Shown here: piece by piece, positions 30,037 through 38,777 of the stretch | Position numbering within the stretch: position 1 is the first letter of the stretch | Layout: each line of letters opens with the position of its first letter | Assembly: GCA_963795085.1 (NCBI GenBank) | Contig: CAWCFX010000002.1 | Coordinates: forward strand, 160,001 to 224,000 | DNA from: an uncultured Gemmatimonadales bacterium | GTDB taxonomy: Bacteria > Gemmatimonadota > Gemmatimonadetes > Gemmatimonadales > GWC2-71-9 | Length of the DNA stretch: 64,000 nucleotides | Direction of reading: 5' to 3' | Notes under the pieces: generated by a model | What the model saw: the letters and a program-made list of their open reading frames with translations, nothing else | What the model was told of the DNA's origin: nothing | Database searches by the model: none | Position numbers and translations under genes: made by a program

Positions 30037-31811
30037 AGCGCATCACGTTCCTGATCTCCATGGGGCTGCTGGGCAGCCTCGCGTGCGGCGGGGGAGACTC
30101 CGGCAGCGGGCCAGACCCCGAGCCGGCCGGGCCCCGGCTCGCGGTAGCAGGCGGGAACCAGCAGACTGACACGGTGGGACACGTCCTGAACCTCCCGCTC
30201 ACCGTCGTCCTCGAAGACACCCTGGGGCAGCCGATGGCCGGAGTGGTCGTGGAGTGGAGTGTCGTGACCGGAGCCGGGACCGTCACCCCGCGGTCGGCAG
30301 TGACCGGCAGTGATGGCCGGGCGGCGGCGGACTACACCCTCGGGCCCTTGGTCGTCGCCAACTCGGTGCGTGCCTTCAGCGCCGAGGCGGTGTTCCCGGT
30401 GTTCTTTACCGAGAACCCCGTCAACGACGTCCCCTCCCAGTTGATCAGGGCCGCCGGCGACAGCCAGTATTCGGATATCGGCGTGGCCACGGTGACCCAA
30501 TACAGTGTCAAGGTGGCCGACCAGTACGGTAACGCGGTTCCCCAGGCGACCGTCCAGTGGACACCCGCCTCCGGCCAGGGATCGGTCTCGGTGGCGACCT
30601 CGGTCTCTGATGCGGCCGGCATCGCGAGAACCCGCCATACGCCCGCGGTGGCAGGAACGAACGTCGTGACCGCTTCTCCGGTCGGCTTTACCGGTGCGCC
30701 AGTCACCTTTCTCACTCTCGGGGTCCTGCCGCCTGTGCTCATGGCCGAGGTCCCGGTACCGCCGAACTACGGTAGCCACGACACCTTCGTCCGTGACGGG
30801 ATCGCCTTTCACTGTGCCTGGAATACCGGGGTGATCATTCTCGACGTGGGCAATGGTATCCGGGGCGGAAGCCCCTCCAACCCGGTGGAAATCAGCCGGC
30901 TGATCACCGCCGACCATGGTATCCCGGGCGGCTCCGCAGTTCACAATGCCTGGTGGTTTCACAACCCGGTCACCGGTGAGAAGCGATACCTGTTCATCGG
31001 CCAGGAGGGATTAGGGGTCAACGGAGGGAACTCGTCCGGCGACATTCACATCGTCGACGTGTCGAACCTGGCCCAACCGGTCGAGGTGGGCTACTACACG
31101 CTCCCCGGAGCCGGGGTGCATAATTTCTGGATGGACGAAGCCAACCAGGTGCTGTACGCCGCGTTCTATGCCGGGGGGGTGGTGGCGCTCGACGTCTCGG
31201 GGACGCTGCAGGGCAATATCGCCAACCGGCGGATCGCCCGGATCCAGCCTGCCGGCCCGGGCAATACGCTGACCTGGGGCGTCCAGCTCTACCAGGGTTC
31301 ACTCTATGCGTCTGACATGATCAACGGATTCTACCAGCTCAAGCTCAACGGGCTGGTGTTTTCCGTGGCGGCCGGCGGGAACAACATCGACCCGGCGCAA
31401 GGCATCAGCACGGACCTCTGGGTGGCGAACGGGTATGCGTACACCGGGTTTTCCGGGGGGCGCAATTCCAAGGTGCTCGTGTGGCGGCTGGATCCATCCG
31501 GCGCCCCGGTCCTCGTGAACCAGATCATACCGCCGGCCGGGGTCTATTCGCTGAGCGACGTCGAGGTCAGCCCCAGTGGCCGCCTCCTGATGTTTTCCAC
31601 GGAGGGCGGGGTGAACGCAGGGTATTATTTCTATAATCTCAGCGACCCGGCCAATCCCCGGTTCGTATCCCGGTACGTGGTGTCCAATGGAACCGCCGGG
31701 ATTCACACCGCGACCTACGGAACCGTCAACGGTCGCCTCTACGCTTTCGGGTCGAAGAACCCCTCGGGGCCAGCTATGCAGATCCTCGATGTCACCTCAC
31801 TGGATTTCTGA
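30033..31811 (+). CDS. Lipoprotein with Ig-like domains and LVIVD-like beta-propeller
   Basis: Lipobox SLA-C; Ig-like repeats (GNQQTDTVG, GDSQYS); GVIILDV, DIHIVDVSN, GVVALDV, QILDVT repeats. Confidence 0.8.
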   Translation: MKRITFLISMGLLGSLACGGGDSGSGPDPEPAGPRLAVAGGNQQTDTVGHVLNLPLTVVLEDTLGQPMAGVVVEWSVVTGAGTVTPRSAVTGSDGRAAADYTLGPLVVANSVRAFSAEAVFPVFFTENPVNDVPSQLIRAAGDSQYSDIGVATVTQYSVKVADQYGNAVPQATVQWTPASGQGSVSVATSVSDAAGIARTRHTPAVAGTNVVTASPVGFTGAPVTFLTLGVLPPVLMAEVPVPPNYGSHDTFVRDGIAFHCAWNTGVIILDVGNGIRGGSPSNPVEISRLITADHGIPGGSAVHNAWWFHNPVTGEKRYLFIGQEGLGVNGGNSSGDIHIVDVSNLAQPVEVGYYTLPGAGVHNFWMDEANQVLYAAFYAGGVVALDVSGTLQGNIANRRIARIQPAGPGNTLTWGVQLYQGSLYASDMINGFYQLKLNGLVFSVAAGGNNIDPAQGISTDLWVANGYAYTGFSGGRNSKVLVWRLDPSGAPVLVNQIIPPAGVYSLSDVEVSPSGRLLMFSTEGGVNAGYYFYNLSDPANPRFVSRYVVSNGTAGIHTATYGTVNGRLYAFGSKNPSGPAMQILDVTSLDF

Positions 31812-33580
31812 TGCTCCCTGGCACCTCCCGCCCTGGCCAGCCCCGGTACCTGCTGGATTCTGTTCGCTTCCGGCTGGTTCCGGCAGCCGTCCTGTTCGCC
31901 GCCGCTCTCCACCTGTCGTCCTGTGGTGACGGCCATGGACCCGACCAGCGGGTCGCGTCCATCGTCGTCAGTCCGCCCAACGTGGATCTCACGGTCGGCA
32001 CCAGTCTCCAGTTCGCCGCGGCCGCGCTGGATGAAAGCGGCCATCTGATTCCCGGCACCACCTTCACCTGGGTTTCCACGGTGCCGGCGACGGCGACCAT
32101 CGACGGTTCCGGGCTGGCATTCGCCCAGGCAGTGGGGACGACGACCATCGAGGCGAGCGCCGGGGGCGTCACCGGTTCGACTTCCCTCGCCGTGGTGGTG
32201 ACCGTCCAGGCGGGACCGACTCTCACCGCGGTGGGGGGACGCCTCCAGCGCGCGCCGTCCTCCTCCATGCTGCCGGTTCCCTATGTCGTGGAAGCACGGG
32301 ACGGGTCCACTCCGCTCCCCAACGTGGAGATATTGTGGACGGTCGAGAGCGGGGGGGGGACGGTCGCCCAGAGCTCTTCGTTTACGGGAAGCGACGGACG
32401 GGCGAGCATCCTTCATACCCTCGGGCCGGTGCTCGGAGTGCAACAGGTGCAGGCCCGCGCTCCCTCCCTGGCCCCCGCGGACAGCAACAACAGGAATGTG
32501 GCCTTCAGCGCGACGGCTCTCGCGCCGGGCGGCATCGTCCCGGTGGCCAGCGTGGCGATTCCTCCGAATTACGGAATTCACGACACCTTCGTGCGTGAAG
32601 GCATTGCCTTCGTGTTCGCGTGGGACAGCGGGGTCCGGATCTTCGACGTGGGCAACGGCATCCGGGGAGGCAGCCCCTCCAACCCGGTGCTGGTCTCCCG
32701 GGTCGTCACCCATGGGGGGCAAGCCCATAACGGGTGGTGGTTTCACAATCCAAACACCCAGGAGAAGAAGTACCTGTTCGTCGGCGAAGAAGGCCCCGGC
32801 CTGATCGGTAGCTCGTCCTCCGGCGATATCCACGTGATTGATGTCTCCAACCTGGCCGCGCCGCTGGAAGTCGCCTCCTTCACAGTGGCGGGCGCCGGGG
32901 CCCACAACTTCTGGATGGACGAGGCCGCCCAGATTCTCTACGCCGCGTTCTACAACGGGGGCGTGGTCTCAATTGATGTCTCGGGCACCCTCAGCGGCAA
33001 CCTCGCCAGCCGGGAAATCGACCGGCTGGTGCCGGCATCCGGCTCCTACATCTGGGGGGTACAACTGTTCAACGGCTCCGTCTACGCCAGCGACATGGTG
33101 AACGGGTTTTGGCAACTTTCGACCACCGGAGGAAACCTGAGTATCGCCGCGGGTGGTGGCAACGTGCCGGAACGGTTCACATCCGACCTGTGGGTCCATG
33201 GCACCCATGCCTACAGCGGGACCTGGGGCAACCGCGGCGCCCAGGGCAATGTGGTGAAGATCTGGTCACTCAATGGGACCGGAGCGCCGGCGCTTGCCGA
33301 TTCCGTCATCATCCCCGCGATCAGCACGGTCAGCGACGTGGAGGTCAGCGCCGACGGCAGCGTGCTCATGGTGAGCACGGAGGGTGGCAGCGGCGACGGC
33401 TTTCAGTTCTACAGCCTGGCCAACCCGGCCAGCCCGGCCTTTCTGAACCAGCACCTGGTGGGGACCGGCATCCACACCACGACGTTCGGGTACATTGGGG
33501 GCCGGACCTACGCCTTCGGGGCCAAGAACCCGGGGAGCCCCGAACTGGTTGTTCTCGATGTCACCGGTCTGTTTCCCTGA
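31811..33580 (+). CDS. Paralogous Ig-like/LVIVD-like lipoprotein
   Basis: Lipobox LSS-C; IPPNYGIHDTFVREGIAF, HNGWWFHNP, HNFWMDE match the preceding gene. Confidence 0.8.
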   Translation: MLPGTSRPGQPRYLLDSVRFRLVPAAVLFAAALHLSSCGDGHGPDQRVASIVVSPPNVDLTVGTSLQFAAAALDESGHLIPGTTFTWVSTVPATATIDGSGLAFAQAVGTTTIEASAGGVTGSTSLAVVVTVQAGPTLTAVGGRLQRAPSSSMLPVPYVVEARDGSTPLPNVEILWTVESGGGTVAQSSSFTGSDGRASILHTLGPVLGVQQVQARAPSLAPADSNNRNVAFSATALAPGGIVPVASVAIPPNYGIHDTFVREGIAFVFAWDSGVRIFDVGNGIRGGSPSNPVLVSRVVTHGGQAHNGWWFHNPNTQEKKYLFVGEEGPGLIGSSSSGDIHVIDVSNLAAPLEVASFTVAGAGAHNFWMDEAAQILYAAFYNGGVVSIDVSGTLSGNLASREIDRLVPASGSYIWGVQLFNGSVYASDMVNGFWQLSTTGGNLSIAAGGGNVPERFTSDLWVHGTHAYSGTWGNRGAQGNVVKIWSLNGTGAPALADSVIIPAISTVSDVEVSADGSVLMVSTEGGSGDGFQFYSLANPASPAFLNQHLVGTGIHTTTFGYIGGRTYAFGAKNPGSPELVVLDVTGLFP

Positions 33581-33591
33581 TCCCCGCCTCC

Positions 33592-33876
33592 ATGCCCGTC
33601 GTCCTCCAGCGGGATTCCGCGTTTACCCTGAGCCCGGCCGTCCGGGGACGGCAGCTGGATAACGAGCTGATCCTGCTGGACCTTGGCAAGGGGGAGTACT
33701 TCAGCCTGAACGAGAGCGGCGCCGCCGTCTGGGCCTGCCTGGAGCGCGGCATGGCTCTCGGCGCTATTGACGAAGCGATGGCCGGCTGGCCGGTGGCGCC
33801 GGATCAGCGGTGGGAGATGATCACCGCCATCGTGCTCGAGCTTCGGAGCCGGGGACTGCTGGAGCCCGCCGGGTGA
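33592..33876 (+). CDS. PqqD-family RiPP recognition element (lasso B1/E protein)
   Basis: 94 aa: RQLDNELILLDL..GEYFSLNESGAAVW..L...LRSRGLL; ATG lies inside ORF 33109..33876. Confidence 0.9.
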   Translation: MPVVLQRDSAFTLSPAVRGRQLDNELILLDLGKGEYFSLNESGAAVWACLERGMALGAIDEAMAGWPVAPDQRWEMITAIVLELRSRGLLEPAG

Positions 33877-35351
33877 CAGGGCCGGCGGCCTTGGCCGTCC
33901 TGGTTCACGATCCCCGGGTGCGGGAATTCACGCCTGCCACCCTCGCCGAGCTCCGGGTCACCGGCTGGGCGCGTCTCCCCGATGGCGATATCCGGCTCCA
34001 ATCCGATCCAGCCGCCACCCGGCCATTCTGTTACCGGATGCTTGGCCGGACCCTCCACCTCGCCTGCTATCCCGGCGACCTGGCCCGCCTTGGTCCCCCC
34101 CCCGAACTCGACTGGACCACGCTCGCGGGCCTGCCGCGGTTCCGGTTTCCGGACGATGGCGCCACGGCTTTTGCCGGTATCCACCGACTGGCCGCAGGCA
34201 CCACGACGACCATCGCGCCGGATGGCGGCACCCGTTCGCATCGCTGGTGGGAGCTGCCCCCCGAGCCGTCATCGTCCGCCAAGCCGGATCTATTCGGAGC
34301 CCTGGTGCAACAGTGCGCCGGCCAGATCCAGGGCCGGCAGTGCGCCATCCTGCTGAGCGGGGGCCTGGATTCCTCCGCCATCGCGGCCGCGGCGGTGGCA
34401 GCTGCCCGGGCAGGCGGCGGCCCCGATCCGATCCTTGCTTCGCTCGTTTATCCCGGATTGCCCTGCGACGAAGACCTTACCCAGGAGGCCATCGCACGGC
34501 ACTACGGGCTTACGCGGGTCACGGTCAACCCGGTAGGCCGCCCGGTCTGGCCCGGAGCCCTGGGCACGGTCCACTCGCGGCTGGCCCCGGTCGTGGATAC
34601 TCAGTCGGCAGCCATCGGTCAGCTCTTCGAGCAACTGGAGGCCGCCGGATGCCGGGTCGTGCTCACCGGCCTGGGTGGGGATGTCCTGTTTCGCGGCATC
34701 GGGCTGGAAGGGAGCCTGCTGCGGCAGGGCAGACTCCTGGCGATACATCGTCACTTCCGGGGAATTTCCCGGGCCCTGCCGGTCTCGGTGCCAAGGCTCT
34801 GGTGGGCCGGTGTTCTCCGGCCCCTCGCCACCGGACGCCGGGGCCCCGGGCTTTCCCGCGCGGAGGTCCTGCGGGCAGGGAGCTCGGTCCGCAGTACCCT
34901 GATCCGCAACCTCGCGGCCGGCGGTACCGGGTGGTTGACCGAAGCGGTGGAACAATCCGGTAACCATCGCCTGGCCCTGGAGAGTCCGTTCTACGGCGCC
35001 GCCTTTCTTGACCAGTACTCCCGGCTGACCCAGCAGGATTTCGCGTCGAGCGCCTCCCACAAGGGAATCCTTCGCGAGATGATCCGGCCGCACCTGCCCG
35101 CTGCGGTGGTGAACCGCGTCAGGAAGCCGAACTTTCTTGATTATCATGCCACCTGGCTCCATCGGGAGCGCAGTTCCCTCGCGGCTCGCTATCGCGAAGT
35201 GCGGCCGATGGCTCCCGCCTCCATTGACATGCCGGCGGATATTAGCCGGGCCCTCAACGCCACCAGCGGCTCGGACGGGTTCTCCAGCTCCTGGATGAGT
35301 TTGACGATGCTCGAGTTCCTGGCGGCCTGGAACTTGAGGGTCAACCCTTGA
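33873..35351 (+). CDS. Asparagine-synthetase-like lasso cyclase (C protein)
   Basis: LLSGGLDSS, CDE, VLTGLGGD, PFY, KGILRE...HLP..V.NR.RK; no N-terminal Cys glutaminase; GTGA-coupled to the RRE. Confidence 0.85.
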   Translation: MTGPAALAVLVHDPRVREFTPATLAELRVTGWARLPDGDIRLQSDPAATRPFCYRMLGRTLHLACYPGDLARLGPPPELDWTTLAGLPRFRFPDDGATAFAGIHRLAAGTTTTIAPDGGTRSHRWWELPPEPSSSAKPDLFGALVQQCAGQIQGRQCAILLSGGLDSSAIAAAAVAAARAGGGPDPILASLVYPGLPCDEDLTQEAIARHYGLTRVTVNPVGRPVWPGALGTVHSRLAPVVDTQSAAIGQLFEQLEAAGCRVVLTGLGGDVLFRGIGLEGSLLRQGRLLAIHRHFRGISRALPVSVPRLWWAGVLRPLATGRRGPGLSRAEVLRAGSSVRSTLIRNLAAGGTGWLTEAVEQSGNHRLALESPFYGAAFLDQYSRLTQQDFASSASHKGILREMIRPHLPAAVVNRVRKPNFLDYHATWLHRERSSLAARYREVRPMAPASIDMPADISRALNATSGSDGFSSSWMSLTMLEFLAAWNLRVNP

Positions 35352-35417
35352 CGCCCCGTGCCGGGACGGGCAGCTTTCATTCACCCCTGGAAAAACCGAG
35401 TACCTCAGGAGATCGCC

Positions 35418-35558
35418 ATGGATCGGGAGCGCCCCGCCACGACGGCCAGTATGCCCAGGTTCGAACCCCCCAGGCTGACTCCGCTGGGGAGTGTCACCCG
35501 GGTGACCCAGGCCTTCGAACCTGGCACCAATACCGACTTCACGATGTCGTCGTTCTAG
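35418..35558 (+). CDS. Lasso peptide precursor (46 aa); predicted core AFEPGTNTDFTMSSF
   Basis: AGGAGA RBS; leader FEPPRLTPLGSVTRVT-Q fits (Y/F)xxPxLxxxGxxxxxT; core Ala1 with Asp9. Confidence 0.85.
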   Translation: MDRERPATTASMPRFEPPRLTPLGSVTRVTQAFEPGTNTDFTMSSF

Positions 35559-35656
35559 GCGGAGAGCTCAGCGACCGGGCCGCACCGACTGACGCAACCT
35601 CATTCTGCCGTGCCGCCGACTGAGCCGGACGGCGCCTTCAACCAGACTCCCTCCTG

Positions 35657-36502
35657 ATGCCTCCCGGCATCATCACGCCAACTCTCGCGATCGCCGGGTG
35701 GGAACGGATAGCCCGGCATTCCAGCCTGGCCATCACGGTCCGGTCTGGAACACCTCGCGGAATTGCCGTGCCACCGGGGGTAATTAACCGGGTGGACGGC
35801 GGCTGGGCGTTCACAACCGCCGACGGGCAATGGTACCGAGTCCGGGGACCGGCGCCCGTCGCCGTGGAGGGGTACCCGCTGGAGCAGGCGACCGAACCGG
35901 AATCAGTGCTCCGCCTGTTCGGGCCGGTTACCGCCCTGGTGGCCCAGGTCAGCGGGTGCCAGCCACTTCACGCCGCGGGATTGATGCGGGGAGGGAAGGT
36001 CCTGGCTCTCTGTGCCGAGTCTGGCCAGGGCAAATCCACGCTGGCGGCACTGGCGGCGGCCCACGGATGGCAGGTCCAGGGCGATGACCTGCTCGCGGTG
36101 GACCGATCGGGTATGGTGTTGCCACTACCCGGCTCACTCCGCGTCCGTCCCGAACTGGCGCCGCCGGGATGCACCTCGGCCTGGCATCTGCCCGATGGCC
36201 GGGAATGGTATCCGCTTCCGGCGCCCGCCCATTCCGCCCAACTCGGGGGGATTGTCCGTCTCGCCAGGGGCAGGGAGATCCTGCTGCGCACGCTTCGCGG
36301 CGCCGAACGGCTGGCCACTGTCGCCGTCGCCGCCTTGGCCCCATTCTTCGGCCATGTCGAGAACGATCCGCATCCCGCCCGGCTGCTGGACCTGGCCGGG
36401 GCCACTCCAGCCTGGCATCTCACCGTGCCTGAAGGGCTGACCCGCCTGCGCGAGTCCTGGGGCATATTGGATGGCCTGCTCACCGGTCTCCTCGGCGAAT
36501 GA
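35657..36502 (+). CDS. HPr-kinase-like P-loop kinase (lasso peptide kinase type)
   Basis: PLHAA, AESGQGKSTLA, GDD. Confidence 0.85.
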   Translation: MPPGIITPTLAIAGWERIARHSSLAITVRSGTPRGIAVPPGVINRVDGGWAFTTADGQWYRVRGPAPVAVEGYPLEQATEPESVLRLFGPVTALVAQVSGCQPLHAAGLMRGGKVLALCAESGQGKSTLAALAAAHGWQVQGDDLLAVDRSGMVLPLPGSLRVRPELAPPGCTSAWHLPDGREWYPLPAPAHSAQLGGIVRLARGREILLRTLRGAERLATVAVAALAPFFGHVENDPHPARLLDLAGATPAWHLTVPEGLTRLRESWGILDGLLTGLLGE

Positions 36503-38289
36503 GCACGCCGGACGCGGTCGGGCAACGCCGGCCGAGGGGACGGGACCTGGTCATGCTCGGGCTGGCGGCGGGACTTCTCACCGGGCTGGGCGAAACGGTC
36601 CTCCTGCTGGTGAAACGGTTCCTCCGGGGCCGATTCATCACGGTTGGGGAGCACGCGCTCTGGATGGCGCCGGTCGCGGACGCGCTCCTCTTCACGCTAC
36701 TCGCCATCATCTTCGTGGCGCTTACCCGCCGGGTCAGCGTCGAGCGGCGGGACCGCCTCTTTGCCACCATGCTGGTGGCCCTGGGCCTCACGGCGATGCT
36801 GACCCTGTGGGGCCGTTTCCATTGGGTCGCCACGATCCTGCTCAGCCTCGGCATCGCGGTGCGATTGAGCGGACGGATCGCTCCCCGGCTGGATGCCCTG
36901 ATGAGGGCGGGGCGGGCGGCCATGCCGGGGATGGCGGTCCTGGTCCTGCTCACGGCGGCCGGCGTCGCCGGGGAAGCCTGGTGGAAGGAGCGTAAGAGCC
37001 TCGAGGCGACCCCCGCGGGATCCCAGCCTAATGTCCTGCTGATCATCCTGGACACCGTTCGCAGCCTGAGTATGGGCCTGTACGGACATGCCCGGGACAA
37101 CACACCCGAGCTGGCTCGCTGGGCCGCCCGGGGCACCGTCTTCGATCACGCCTTCTCCTCGTCCTCCTGGACCCTTCCCTCTCATGCCGCCATGTTCACC
37201 GGCCGGTGGCAAACCGATCTCACGGTCCGATTCAACCGCCCCCTCGACAGCACCTGGCCTACCCTGGCTGAATTCCTGGGGGACCGCGGGTATGCGACGG
37301 GGGGGTTCGTGGCCAACCTGATCTACACGCCCCGGGAATCCGGCCTGGCCCGCGGGTTCGGCCACTACGAGGATTTCGGCCTCAACGTCCGGGTGTTCAT
37401 TCGCAGTGCCACCCTGCTGCGGAAGCTGGTGGACCGGCCCCGGTTCCGCTGGGCCGCCCGGCCCCGGCACCCCATGCTGTGGAAGACGGCCCGGGAAGTC
37501 TCCGGGGGAGCGCTCGACTGGATCGACCGGCAGGAGGAGGACCGGCCCTGGTTCGCCTTCCTCAACTACATGGAGGCGCATGATCCCTGGTATGTCCCGG
37601 CTCCCTTCGATACCCTCTACGGGAATGGGGCCCTTCATATCTCATGGGCGGAGATGACCGCGACGCCGCTGCCCCCGCCGGTTGCCCTGGTCCGCTTCGC
37701 CGAGGGCTACGATGCGGCCATCGCCTATCTGGATCAGGAGATCGGCAGCCTGCTTGACACGCTCGAGCGGCGCGGGCGGCTTCGCAATACGATCGTCGTG
37801 ATTACCTCGGATCACGGCGAAGAGATCGGCGAGCACCAGTTCCTGGGGCATGGCGCCAGCCTCTACCGGCCGACCGTGGAGGTCCCCCTGATCGTAATCG
37901 CGCCCGGCTGCGCAATGTCCGGAGGCCGGGCACCGGATCCGGTATCGCTCCGGGACTTCGCCGCGACCATCATGGACCTCACCGGTATGCCGGAGCATCC
38001 TTTTCCCGGGGCTTCCTTCGCGGCCCTGGCCTGTCCCGGCAACGACACCCAGGCCTATCCCCGGCCGGTCTTCTCTGTGCTTCAGGAGGCCCGGGGACGC
38101 GCCAACCCTACCCTGGTCTCGGTGGTCCAGGATTCTTTCCGGTTTATCGGGGATGGACAGGGCAGGGGGGAACTCTACAGTTTTTACGGCGATCCGCTGG
38201 AACAACACGACCTGGCCGCCCAGCCGATGCTGGGTCCTGCCTTGCTCCGGCTCCAGACCCTGGCCGACTCACTCCGAAAACCTCACTGA
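36499..38289 (+). CDS. Membrane-anchored sulfatase-like (alkaline phosphatase superfamily) hydrolase/transferase
   Basis: About 5 N-terminal TM segments; PNVLLIILDTVR, WTLPSHAAMFTG, NYMEAHDPW, TSDHGE, GHG. Confidence 0.88.
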   Translation: MSTPDAVGQRRPRGRDLVMLGLAAGLLTGLGETVLLLVKRFLRGRFITVGEHALWMAPVADALLFTLLAIIFVALTRRVSVERRDRLFATMLVALGLTAMLTLWGRFHWVATILLSLGIAVRLSGRIAPRLDALMRAGRAAMPGMAVLVLLTAAGVAGEAWWKERKSLEATPAGSQPNVLLIILDTVRSLSMGLYGHARDNTPELARWAARGTVFDHAFSSSSWTLPSHAAMFTGRWQTDLTVRFNRPLDSTWPTLAEFLGDRGYATGGFVANLIYTPRESGLARGFGHYEDFGLNVRVFIRSATLLRKLVDRPRFRWAARPRHPMLWKTAREVSGGALDWIDRQEEDRPWFAFLNYMEAHDPWYVPAPFDTLYGNGALHISWAEMTATPLPPPVALVRFAEGYDAAIAYLDQEIGSLLDTLERRGRLRNTIVVITSDHGEEIGEHQFLGHGASLYRPTVEVPLIVIAPGCAMSGGRAPDPVSLRDFAATIMDLTGMPEHPFPGASFAALACPGNDTQAYPRPVFSVLQEARGRANPTLVSVVQDSFRFIGDGQGRGELYSFYGDPLEQHDLAAQPMLGPALLRLQTLADSLRKPH

Positions 38290-38777
38290 TGGAAACCATC
38301 AACCGCCGATCCGCCCAGCACATCACCCGGAGTGGATTGTTCCCGCTTCGCTGTGCCGTCCTGAACCTCCCGTACGGGCCCCTGGCGGTATTCAGCCCGT
38401 CCGAAGGCCTCAAGCGAGTATTGGTTGAGACCGCCGGCCTGCGGGACGTCGAGATCCTGGGCGACGGTACCTTCGGGCTGACTCGGGCCGGGAAGGTTCT
38501 CCTGCCTGACCCCACCCCGCTGACCGCCCTGGTCAATCTGGTCGAAGGGGACCATTGCGCCCTGGGGCGGGTCGGTGGGCAGCGACGGCTCTCGATGCTC
38601 CTTGCGGCGGGATCGACCGGCGAGCTGGAGCCGGTTGCGGGCGATCCCTGGTACGACTCGCTCCTCGACATCACGGCCTCGCTCCCGGTCTGGGAGATGG
38701 TGCTTCCGCCCGAGCGCCGGGACATGCGCGCGGCCTGGCCCGAGATCGCCATGTTGCTGGCCGAATCGGCGTCATGA
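38289..38777 (+). CDS. Degenerate (pseudokinase) paralog of the 35657-36502 kinase
   Basis: Two ungapped blocks align by eye with the kinase (18/57 and 22/80 identities); catalytic motifs replaced. Confidence 0.7.
   Translation: METINRRSAQHITRSGLFPLRCAVLNLPYGPLAVFSPSEGLKRVLVETAGLRDVEILGDGTFGLTRAGKVLLPDPTPLTALVNLVEGDHCALGRVGGQRRLSMLLAAGSTGELEPVAGDPWYDSLLDITASLPVWEMVLPPERRDMRAAWPEIAMLLAESAS

Noticed and set aside
33873..35351. Ordinary asparagine synthetase (asnB)
   Set aside because: Lacks the N-terminal Cys glutaminase domain and is flanked by an RRE and a leader-motif precursor.
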